From positions 183,898 through 219,928 of the forward strand of contig PS015129.1 in NCBI GenBank assembly GCA_048213135.1: a stretch of 36,031 nucleotides of DNA, read 5' to 3'. Below are positions 11,917 through 22,197 of the stretch, piece by piece. This stretch comes from Reclinomonas americana ATCC 50394 (Eukaryota). A program made the translations under genes and the position numbers. The notes under the pieces were generated by a model that made no database searches, was not told the origin of the DNA, and was given only the letters and a program-made list of their open reading frames with translations. Numbering within the stretch: position 1 is the first letter of the stretch; every line of letters starts with the position of its first letter.

Positions 11917-12369
11917 ATGCCGGGCCGCAGTCGTGTGCTTCGCCGCTTCGTCAAGCCACCGCTGCAACCGGTGTTTGCCAAGCACGAGGTGAGTGAGAAG
12001 GGACGCAGGGAGGGAGACAAGTGGTTCGCCTCCTCACGATCGCACCAGGTCTCTGCATTCACCGCCCACCGAGTGCATCTCACCGAGCAGCTGCTGAACG
12101 ACGCCGGTCTCCGTCTGGGTGCCGACAGCAGTGCAGCAGCAAACCAGTCGCGCACCAGCAAGTCGTTGATCAGCACCGTGGCACCGGATCGGGCGCGCCT
12201 CGCCGTCCGTGTCAGCGTGTGGCTGAGCGGCTGCGAACTGCCACTGGTGGAGGGCGACGCCGACTTTGTCGCAACCAACGAGTGCGTGTGGGCCGATCCC
12301 GATCCTCCACCAGTGTGGAGCAGGTACGCGGATCTGGAAGACGAGCTGCAAGACGATCTACTACAATGA
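11917..12369 (+). CDS. Hypothetical protein, at least 2 exons; 5' end uncertain
   Basis: MPGRSRVLRRFVKPPLQPVFAKHE|GTGAGT..CAG (11989-12048)|VSAFTAH...WADPDPPPVWSRYADLEDELQDDLLQ*. A further upstream GTGAGT..CAG intron ends at 11910. No family was recognised. Confidence 0.5.
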   Translation: MPGRSRVLRRFVKPPLQPVFAKHEVSEKGRREGDKWFASSRSHQVSAFTAHRVHLTEQLLNDAGLRLGADSSAAANQSRTSKSLISTVAPDRARLAVRVSVWLSGCELPLVEGDADFVATNECVWADPDPPPVWSRYADLEDELQDDLLQ

Positions 12370-12899
12370 TGCAGGCTGCATAGCTGCACGCGTAGTGTAC
12401 TTAGACCAGGGTGAAGCTGATTGAGGAGGGGTTTGCCATGCTCGATGATTGAAAGAGCTCCGGCCGGCGCGCGCGGGTTCGCGAGTCGCGTGCGCTGCAT
12501 CAGTTCGCGCCGGGGCCTCGGCGACACCGCAGCACGCGTGCAGCAGTCAATATAACGATGCGCTCCCCGGTCGTACACTAGGGTGCTTCCGAAGACCCCG
12601 CGGTACATGCATGCATGTGCATCAATCGCGAGCTCCGACAACCGCCAATTCGACCATGGAGTTGTTTATAGACCATCACCGCCACCACTCAGCTCGGTGC
12701 ACTATACTTGGCACTCCCAATCGTGGACGGGGAGGATGCGGTGCCACCAAAAAGCACTGCGCGCGAGAGATGCAGGCGCTGCTTGCCTTCCGACAAATAG
12801 CGGACCTGTCGGAATCCAATCCGGATTTGGCCAAACATATTTTTTTCGACGCGGCGTGAGAGAAGGCAAACCCCCCAATCATCAACAACAACAACAAGA

Positions 12900-13558
12900 A
12901 TGCAAGTGAGCGTAGTGCTTCCCACGCGACAAGTAGTGTCGCTGACACTGAACGACACGGCGGCGCGCGTGCACGATCTCAAGCGCGCACTCAGCGACCT
13001 CGTCCCCCTCCCCTCTCTGCTCTTCTCCCCCACAACCCCGCCTCCACAACAACAACAAGAGGAACAAGAGGAAGAGGAGGAGGAGCTGGAGCTGTGCGAT
13101 GAGCGACTTCTCATTCACTGCCCGCCGCTGGTCGTCTTGCTGCCGGACATTGCCGAAGACGAGGAGGAGCAAGACGAGGAACAAGAGGAGGAGCAGGCGT
13201 ACACTGTGCAAGTGTACACACCCACAGGCCAGTGCGTGACATGCCACAGTTGCGTTTCATTCTCTCTCTCTCTCTCACACAGAGTGTATCGCGCGAAAAG
13301 CTGACGACGATCCCTTTCTCAGATTGCGTCAGTGTGTTTGACGTGGCAAGTGCAGTGACGCGTGAGCTGCGCCTGGACAGTGTGCACGATGTGGTGCTGC
13401 TGACACGTGGCGTGACACGTCGCCGTGCGCTGGCCGTGCATGAGCATCTTGTGAGTGGCGATGCTCGTTTTCAGCAACGTGGCACTGGTAACCGCAAGAT
13501 CGCACTCGACCTTGTCCTGCGCCTCGCTGCTGCGCATCAGTGCCGCCACCACGTGTGA
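12900..13558 (+). CDS. Protein with two divergent ubiquitin-like segments and acidic linkers (2 exons)
   Basis: N-terminal MQVSVVLPTRQVVSLTLNDTAARVHDLKRALSDLVPLP resembles the ubiquitin start. The second unit runs YTVQVYTPTG...SVFDVASAVTRELRL...IALDLVLRL, resembling ubiquitin LHLVLRL. A short intron ends near 13281-13283, and its exact donor is ambiguous. Confidence 0.55.
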
Positions 13559-14628
13559 GCGCGGGAAGAGCGTTTGCCTTGGTGAGTGTGGAGAGAGAAT
13601 GTTGCGCGCGGCTTCCGAGGTGCATTTCACTCACGTTTCATCATCGTCTTGTTCAGAGTCGGTGTGCGTTTGATCAGTTGACCTGCGTGTGACTGGCGCG
13701 GGGATGCAAACCGCAACGCGCGACAATGGCCTGCGTTGCGAGTGCGAAGGAGGCATCGGTGGTGGCGCGTTTTGTGTTGTCGTCTGCCGGATCTTTTCTT
13801 GTCGGAAGGATGGACAGGGCGTGACACGATAATGTGCGTGTGCGAGAGTGCGAGTGTGCTGGCCACGTGGCCGCGATAAGCGATGTGCGCGAGGAGCCGA
13901 TGTGCGACGATGAGCGAGACGAGAGGGAGAGAGAGAATCGCTTAATTAATTGGCGTGTTTGATGAGGAATGTACTCAAAAGTAACAGTGGCGATTATTCG
14001 TGCTGGGCGGTAGAGGGAGCGAGGCAGTGGAGGGAAGGGGAGGGGAGGATGGAGACTAACGGTCGCAGTGGCACGGGGAGCGGAGGGTGCGATTCCCTTC
14101 TGGTGTTCGTTTTTTCGCACAAGGGAATCTTTCTCGGAGGAGCGCACAAACGTCGCATGTGAGGTGGGGTGGCGCATATGCAGTCGGATGACTGACGGGT
14201 GCAACAAAGTGAGGCGATGACAGCGGGTGGCGGCGTGCAGTGCACTCGAAAGCAGTTGCGATCGCGCGAAAGGCGTGCTGTTGCTCCCAAAACCGGTGGG
14301 GATCGATATGCAGACACGGAGTGTCTCTCACTGCACGCACGATGGCCGCCACTGGCGGCGTGGCGATTGTCGTTGTTGTGCGCAAGGAGGCGATCGCAGC
14401 GCTCGATCGCGCGCGATATCGATATTGCAAACAATGTATTGCAATCACGCCAGCGCCACACTCAGCCCCGCGACGCAACAAAGCGCACGTGCGCACAAGC
14501 GTTGCGTATTGCAGACATGTCTCCACTTCTCTCCTCCCCCTCCTCTCCCTGATATCTCCGTGTTGGCCGGAGACAAGGCGCGCGCGGAGTGATGACGTGC
14601 GATTGTCCTCGTCGCTCACACTCTCGTC

Positions 14629-17600
14629 ATGTTGTTGCTGGCGAGCGCACGGCTTCCTCGTCGAGTGCCGCTGTTCAGCAGTGCTGCGGCGGCTGCAGTG
14701 GTGTGTGTGAAAGAAGCAAAGAGAGAGAAGACAGGGAGAGAGAGAGGAGAGAAGACAGGGAAGAGAAGGGAGAGAGAAGCTTAGTGAAGTCTGAGAATGC
14801 AAGCAACAAGGCCCATTCTCTCCCCCTTCTCTCCTGCCTTCTCTCCCGCCTTCTCTCCCCCCTTCTCTCCCCCTTCTCTCCCCCTTCTCTCCCGCCTTCT
14901 CTCCCCCTTCTCCCCTTCTCTTCCCCTTCTCTTCCCCTTCTCTTCCCCTTCTCTTCTCCTTCTCTTCCCCNNNNNNNNNNNNNNNNNNNNNNNNNNNNNN
15001 NNNNNNNNNNNNNNNNNNNNNNNNNNNNNNNNNNNNNNNNNNNNNNNNNNNNNNNNNNNNNNNNNNNNNNNNNNNNNNNNNNNNNNNNNNNNNNNNNNNN
15101 NNNNNNNNNNNNNNNNNNNNNNNNNNNNNNNNNNNNNNNNNNNNNNNNNNNNNNNNNNNNNNNNNNNNNNNNNNNNNNNNNNNNNNNNNNNNNNNNNNNN
15201 NNNNNNNNNNNNNNNNNNNNNNNNNNNNNNNNNNNNNNNNNNNNNNNNNNNNNNNNNNNNNNNNTTCTCTCCCCTTCTCTCATCCCCTTCTCCGCCCTTC
15301 TCTCATCCCTCCCCCCTTCTCTTCCCCCTTCTCCGCCCTTCTTTCCCCCTTCTCCGCCCTTCTTTCCCCTTCTCCCTTCTCTCATCCCCTTCTCTCCCGC
15401 CTCCTTCCTCACCTCCTTTCTTCTTCGCAGGGCGCCTACGCTCCCCTCTCGTGGCTGCGCCCAGAGGAGGAACAACTGCGCGAATCAGTGGCTCGCTTCG
15501 CCAAGGAGCGCGTGGCACCCAAAGTCCGCGAGATGGATCACGACTCCAAGCTGTGCCCAGAGCTGCTGCGCGAGTGCTTTGAGAATGGTGCGCGCACGCA
15601 CGAGGGTCTGTGCGAGTGGTGGTCACTCTCACTCACACGCTGTGCCAGGTTTCATGGGCATTCAAATTCCGGAAAAGTACGGTGGCTCCGGCCTCTCGCT
15701 CATCAGCAGCTGCTTGGTGATTGAGGAGCTGGCCAAGGTCGACGCCGCGCTGTCGGTGGTTGTCGATGTGCAGGTGTGTGTGGCCCTCCCATCGTGCGTG
15801 CTTGCGCTTGCTGTTCTCACACGTTGTCGCGCAGAACACACTTGTGCAAAACGCCATTTTCCAGTTCGGCAACGAGGAGCAAAAGTCGCGCTACCTGCCC
15901 GCCCTCTGCAAGGACACCCTCGGCTCCTTCTGCCTCAGCGAGAGCAGCTCCGGCTCCGACGCCTTTGCGCTGAAGACCACTGCAGTTGCGCGAACACGAT
16001 TTTCTGTCGCCATTTGTTCTCCCTTTGAGCCTCACGTGCTTTCTTCTGTCATGCAGCGCGCCGACGGCGATCATTACGTCCTCAACGGCAACAAACTGTG
16101 GATCACGAATGCAGGCGAGGCCGGTCTCTTCCTCGTGATGGCCAATGTCGATCCCAGCAAGGGTACGCGCGAGTTGAACAGTGAGTGGCTGTGCCGCATC
16201 TCCGCTCGTCTCACTCCTCGCCGCTGGCAGGCTACAAGGGAATCACCACCTTTATCGTGGAAAAGGGCGACGGTGTCAAGCTCGGCAAGAAGGAGGACAA
16301 GCTCGGCATCCGCGCCAGCTCCACGCACGAAGTGGTGCTGGAGGATGTGCGCATTCCCAAGAATCGTGTGCTGGGTCAGGTCGGGCAGGGCTACAAAATC
16401 GCCATCATGGCGCTGAATGGTGAGCGTGTGTGCATGATGTGATGTGCATGCGCGTGGTGCTGACGTGTGGCGGCAGAGGGACGAATTGGAATCGGTGCGC
16501 AGATGATTGGCTTGGCTCAGGTGTGCTGTTCGCGACAAGAATGCAACCTACTCACTCACTCGCTCGCTCACTCACCGCTTCATCGCACAGGGTGCCTTTG
16601 ATTACGCCATGCGCTACATTGTGCAGCGTCAGCAGTTTGGACGCGCAGTGGCCGAGTTCCAGGTTGGTGTGCGCCGCCAGCAGAGTACCTTCCCTCACGC
16701 ATTCTCTGCATCCTCCAGCTTTTCCCTCTCATTCATTCCTTCTGTATCTCACTGTCTCTCGGCATATTGCCTTGGTTGCATTCCCGCACTTGGTCTCTGA
16801 ATCCCTCTCATTCCTTTCTTCTATCTCACTGCCCCCCAGCATATTGCCTTCCCTCACGCATTCTCTGAATCCTTCAGCTTCTTCCTCACATTCCTTCCTT
16901 CTGTATCTCACTGTCTCTCGGCATATTGCCTTGGTTGCATGCCCTCCTCGCTTACTCTTTGAATCCTTTAGCTTCTCCCTCACATTCCTTCGTCCTATCT
17001 CTCTCTCTCTCTCCCCCTCAGCACAGTGTGCACTCTCCGCATCCTTCAGCTTCTCATCTCGTCCCTTTTTTCTACCTCTCACTCTCCATCAACACATTGT
17101 CATGGTTGCGTTCCCTCACTTGCTCTCTGAATCCCTCTCATTCCTTCCTTCTGTTTCTCACTCTCTCTCTCTCTCTCAGTTGCCTTCCCTCGCTCACTTT
17201 CTCAATCCTTCAGCTTCTCCCCCTCCTTCCTTCCTTCTATGTCTCACTCTCCCTCAGCATATTGCCTTCCCTCACGCATTCTCTCCATTCTTCAGCTTCT
17301 TCCTCACATTCCTTCCTTCCGCTCTCCTTTCCTCCCTTCTCTCACCTCTCCTTTCCCTCCCTCCCCCCTCAACAAACAGGGCATGCAATTCCAGTACGCT
17401 CGTGCGCTGTGCGACATTGTGTCGACCCGCCTGCTGGTGTACGAGGCCGCTCGCCGCAAGGAGGCGGGCGAGGATTACGTGCAGATTGCAGCCATGGCCA
17501 AGCTGAGGTCGTCGGAGGTGAGTTGCTTGGTAGGAAGAGAGCAGCAGGCCTCCTAATTCTCACTGTCCCCTCCCAATCAGGTCGCTGGCGATGTGGCCAC

Positions 17601-17822
17601 CAAGGGCGTGGAGTGGCTCGGCGGTGTCGGTTTCACCAAGGAGTACGACGCCGAGAAGTATTACCGGTTTGTCCCTCCTCATCCTCTTCCCCTCATCCCT
17701 ACTCATCCTTTTTGTCTGCCTCTTTCTTCCTCAGCGACGCCATCATTGGCAAGATCTACGAGGGCACGAGCAACATTCAGCTGCAGGCGATTGCCAAGAT
17801 GATTTTGGAGCAATATCGCTAA
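14629..17822 (+). CDS. ACADSB: Short/branched-chain acyl-CoA dehydrogenase, mitochondrial (11 exons)
   Basis: Motifs include [95 protein letters not shown] and [17 protein letters not shown]. Exon 1 (14629-14700, [24 protein letters not shown]) looks like a mitochondrial presequence and joins 15431 in phase 0. Confidence 0.93.
14816..15428. repeat. Polypyrimidine (CCCCTTCTCT-like) tract in ACADSB intron 1, interrupted by a gap
   Basis: Directly visible. Confidence 0.9.
16689..17320. repeat. Degenerate minisatellite (~160-bp spacing) in ACADSB intron 16663-17378
   Basis: ttccctcacgcattctct...ttccttctgtatctcactgtctctcggcatattgccttggttgcat recurs at about 16689 and 16849, with a partial copy at about 17267. 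Confidence 0.85.
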
Positions 17823-17999
17823 GCTGATATCTCGTTTTTGAAAGTGCGTATGAATTCCCCACCCCACGCGCACGTGTGACATCATTGGTGTACATGAGAG
17901 ATGAAAGAGAGAGGAGAGAGAGGCAGGGGTCATACCACCATCTATGCAAAACATGAAAGAGAGACGAGAGACGAAAGAGAGGAGGAGACCGGGAACAAC

Positions 18000-19024
18000 T
18001 CAGTCCTCCTGCGTGTAGCTCTCCAGTTCGCCCTTGAACGCCGCCAGCAGTGCTCGTGCACGCTCCTTCTTGGCACACTCGCCCTGCACCTCCTTCTCCA
18101 AGTCACCATTCTCCTGCTCCAAATCGGCCACAATCGACTCGAGTTCCTCAATCCGCTTGCGAAGCTCCGTAGNNNNNNNNNNNNNNNNNNNNNNNNNNNN
18201 NNNNNNNNNNNNNNNNNNNNNNNNNNNNNNNNNNNNNNNNNNNNNNNNNNNNNNNNNNNNNNNNNNNNNNNNNNNNNNNNNNNNNNNNNNNNNNNNNNNN
18301 NNNNNNNNNNNNNNNNNNNNNNNNNNNNNNNNNNNNNNNNNNNNNNNNNNNNNNNNNNNNNNNNNNNNNNNNNNNNNNNNNNNNNNNNNNNNNNNNNNNN
18401 NNNNNNNNNNNNNNNNNNNNNNNNNNNNNNNNNNNNNNNNNNNNNNNNNNNNNNNNNNNNNNNNNNNNNNNNNNNNNNNNNNNNNNNNNNNNNNNNNNNN
18501 NNNNNNNNNNNNNNNNNNNNNNNNNNNNNNNNNNNNNNNNNNNNNNNNNNNNNNNNNNNNNNNNNNNNNNNNNNNNNNNNNNNNNNNNNNNNNNNNNNNN
18601 NNNNNNNNNNNNNNNNNNNNNNNNNNNNNNNNNNNNNNNNNNNNNNNNNNNNNNNNNNNNNNNNNNNNNNNNNNNNNNNNNNNNNNNNNNNNNNNNNNNN
18701 NNNNNNNNNNNNCGTTCTCCGCCTGCGGCTCCAGCTGGCGCACCTTGTCCTCCAGCTCGCGCTGCCTCTCCGCCTTCTCCTTCTCAATCTCCGCCATGCG
18801 CGACTGCATCGTCAGCAATCTCTTCTCCTGCTCCGTCTTCTCCGCCTTCAACTTCTCCAGCGCAGCGCTCAACTCGGCCACCTGCACACACCAGTGAGCT
18901 ATACAGTGTGACTCTCTCGCTCTCTCTCCTTCGCTTTGAATGCGCATACCTCAGCCTCGCGCTCACTGAGCTTCTTCTCCACCGACGAGGAGGTACCGAC
19001 CGACTCGGCACCTGCGTCCTTCAT
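18000..19024 (-). CDS. Coiled-coil protein of unknown function (spans gap; 5' end uncertain)
   Basis: MKDAGAESVGTSSSVEKKLSEREAE|GTATGC..CAG|VAELSAALEKLKAEKTEQEKRLLTMQSRMAEIEKEK...gap...TELRKRIEELESIVADLEQENGDLEKEV...YTQED*. The sequence is E/K/L heptad-rich. Confidence 0.7.
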
Positions 19025-19860
19025 GGGCGCGCCACCAAAGCTCAGGAATCCAAACACACGGGAAAAGCCGCACGACATGTTGCTGTGTTGTTGGGTTGTG
19101 GTGGTGGTGGTGTGGGGGGAGTGGGTTGTCTCTGCTCAAGTCCAACTTGAAAAACAAACAAACAGACTCGGACCACGCCGACCTCGGTTTCGAACAACAA
19201 CGAAAAACTGGAAAATGGGAAGTTGGGACGATGGTGGTGAACCGTGGCGGGAGAGGAAGCAGGGCGTGGAAAGGGAATAGAAGGGAGGGGTGGTGGAGAG
19301 AGGGAGAGAGAGAGGAGGGAAGAGTGGGGAACTGAGTGTAATATTTTCGGCACGCAGAAGTTGTCCNNNNNNNNNNNNNNNNNNNNNNNNNNNNNNNNNN
19401 NNNNNNNNNNNNNNNNNNNNNNNNNNNNNNNNNNNNNNNNNNNNNNNNNNNNNNNNNNNNNNNNNNNNNNNNNNNNNNNNNNNNNNNNNNNNNNNNNNNN
19501 NNNNNNNNNNNNNNNNNNNNNNNNNNNNNNNNNNNNNNNNNNNNNNNNNNNNNNNNNNNNNNNNNNNNNNNNNNNNNNNNNNNNNNNNNNNNNNNNNNNN
19601 NNNNNNNNNNNNNNNNNNNNNNNNNNNNNNNNNNNNNNNNNNNNNNNNNNNNNNNNNNNNNNNNNNNNNNNNNNNNNNNNNNNNNNNNNNNNNNNNNNNN
19701 NNNNNNNNNNNNNNNNNNNNNNNNNNNNNNNNNNNNNNNNNNNNNNNNNNNNNNNNNNNNNNNNNNNNNNNNNNNNNNNNNNNNNNNNNNNNNNNNNNNN
19801 NNNNNNNNNNNNNNNNNNNNNNNNNNNNNNNNNNNNNNNNNNNNNNNNNNNNNNNNNNNN

Positions 19861-20009
19861 CAGCAGCAGCAGAGGACGTTGTTGGGGAACGTCGGCGGGT
19901 CGGGGGCGACGTTGATGCCGCCGCCGTCGACCATGGGAGGAGGAGGAGGACGGCCGCGCTCAACGTCCATCTCGGCCCCGGAGCGTGCCGAGGCCGACTG
20001 GGATGGCAT
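19861..20009 (-). CDS. 5' fragment of an unknown gene running into a gap
   Basis: MPSQSASARSGAEMDVERGRPPPPPMVDGGGINVAPDPPTFPNNVLCCC shows coding-like GC3 bias. A CAG acceptor-like site lies 8 nt upstream of the ATG. Confidence 0.55.
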
Positions 20010-20083
20010 GTTGTCGGCTGTGAAGGGTGAGTGAGTGTGTGTGAGAGGGAAGGGGTGGCTTGTGTTCTTCTTCTTCTTGTCTC

Positions 20084-20125
<42 letters not shown>

Positions 20126-20460
20126 TTTGGGCGTATATCGAGGCTCTTTGAGCTGCTGTTTTGTTTGTTTGTTTGTGCGACTCGCGTGTGTGCGTGTGTG
20201 TCCCTGGTGGGCCATGGATGTGTGAGAGGGCGTTGGGGAGAGGCAGCGTGTGAGAGCAGGACTGGGGGAGAGAGTGTGTGTGTGTGGGAAGACAGCTGGG
20301 AGAGTGGGACACGAATGCACGCGCGCGCGTACGCACTCACTAACACACACACACACACACACAGACACGTAGAGAGAGAGAGGGTGCGAGAAGGGAAGAC
20401 AAGGAGAGAAGAGACAGCAGGCAAACTCAAACAGTGAGCATTCGTACTGACCTTTCACTC

Positions 20461-20571
<111 letters not shown>

Positions 20572-20687
20572 CAGTGGCGCGAGAAAGCGAGAAACAGATA
20601 CTGATCTTTCACACACACACACACACACACTCCTTTCCCCTTCTTCTTTCCTCCCTCCTTCTCACCCCCTTGCTCTCCCCATCGCAG

Positions 20688-21246
20688 ACCAAGCACGTCG
20701 CGTCTCCGAATCATCCACCCTCGACGACTTTGTGAACAAGGCCCGCAAGTCGCTGTCGCGTCTGTCGCAAGAGATCGAGGCGATTGAGGAGGAGAGCCGA
20801 CACTCGGAGGAGGCTCGCACACTCGGCGTTCCGCAGTGGAAGAGTGCTCCGGGATCGCGTCGCACCTCGCGCCCGGCCTCGCCGACGCGCGTGCCACTGC
20901 AACTGACGGTGGCTGCCGAGGTTGCTGGCGGTGCCGCCAGTGGAGTGCTGACGATTCCGGCCGCGATTGCTCGTGCTCCGATGGAAGGTTTGTGCGCGGG
21001 CAGTCGCACACGCTGGTGCCTCCCTCTCACCTTGTTTTTCGTCCTCGCAGTCCATGGCGCCGCCGGCCCTAGCGGCGTCCACTCGGCCGCCTCCTCTGAA
21101 GTCGACTCGGCGGATGTAACTGGGTAAGTGTGAGTAATGTGCTGTAGCACGCGGGAGCGCCCCCCACTGACCTTCTCCCGCGCAGTGGAACGCCGAAGCG
21201 GTCTGCCGGTCATCGAGTGACCTACGCCGACTTGACAACAGAATAA
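20688..21246 (+). CDS. Three 3'-terminal exons of an unknown gene lacking a visible 5' part
   Basis: (D)[36 protein letters not shown]...APME|VHGAAG...[23 protein letters not shown]. The GT-AG introns are in phase and the stop is TAA 21244-21246. Confidence 0.65.
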
Positions 21247-22197
21247 CTGTCGTCGATCCCGCCTTAGGTTGTATAGTAGTGCGGGTTTTGTTCTTCCATC
21301 CCCGTGTCGTGTGTGTCGTGTGTGTTTTGTGTATCTCCATGTGTCGTAGTCGCGTTTGAAAAAGCAGCAGTGACGAAAGAGTGTGGGAAACAACGGGAAA
21401 AAGTAGCGTCGTCTGTTGGTGTACAAGTGAGAGGTGTGCGTTTTTTTGGTGTGTGTTTTTCTTTCGGTTGGCAAGAGAGAGAGAGAGAGGAGACGGATAA
21501 AGGGAGCGGCTTTCTTCTTGTACTTTTTCGCTGTCAGATCTGTCGTATTAGCTTCCGGAGGTGGGCCTAGTTGTCGCAGTTACAGTGTGGACAAGCTGGA
21601 CATGACGTGGTCGGATTCAAGTCGCTGAGCTACTGCAACTGGTCGTTGGCCATGAGAAGGCGTTCCTTGATGAGCAAACGTGAGCCTTCGCGCTGATATC
21701 GAAAGCCAACTTCACGACCGTTGTCTGCGTCCGGTTTCCTCCGGCTTCCCCAACCGAGAACAAGCAGTGCGAAACGGTGTTCCGTGATGAGCAGACGCAC
21801 CAGCATGCGAGGAGAAAAAGAACACTCGAAAAACAAAGAGAGAGCGGACAATCGCCGACGCCGTGTCCGACCGAATCTCCGAATCACGGCACAGCCTGAC
21901 AGCTCAGCGCTTGACACCGACTTATGGCCAACACACGGGTACGTACGTCCACCACGCACACACAAACATCGACGATCACGAAGAATTTTCACGCGCGCGG
22001 AACAATAACACACACACACAGTCAAATCGCCACACGCAGAAACACACGCGTCACGCACACTTTCTCTCCCTCTCTTGCCTTACACACACACACGCATCAT
22101 CATCAACGTGCGCAACACAAGAAACGTCGTGTTCGAATATATCATATAGTGATTGTCCAAGCACACAATCACAGTCACACACTCAAAACGACGGAGA

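Noticed and set aside
11407-11985. Two abutting in-frame minus-strand ORFs separated by one TGA (possible Trp/Sec recoding)
   Set aside because: Conserved Trp positions elsewhere use TGG, and several genes end in TGA. No SECIS was seen, and the upstream ORF overlaps plus-strand exons, so an antisense shadow explains it.
13674-14600. Several overlapping ORFs upstream of ACADSB
   Set aside because: No recognisable motif or consistent exon chain was found, so no gene can be supported.
21661-21800. Hammerhead-like words (TGATGA, GAAAC)
   Set aside because: There is no complete CUGANGA core with three stems, and stem I is missing.
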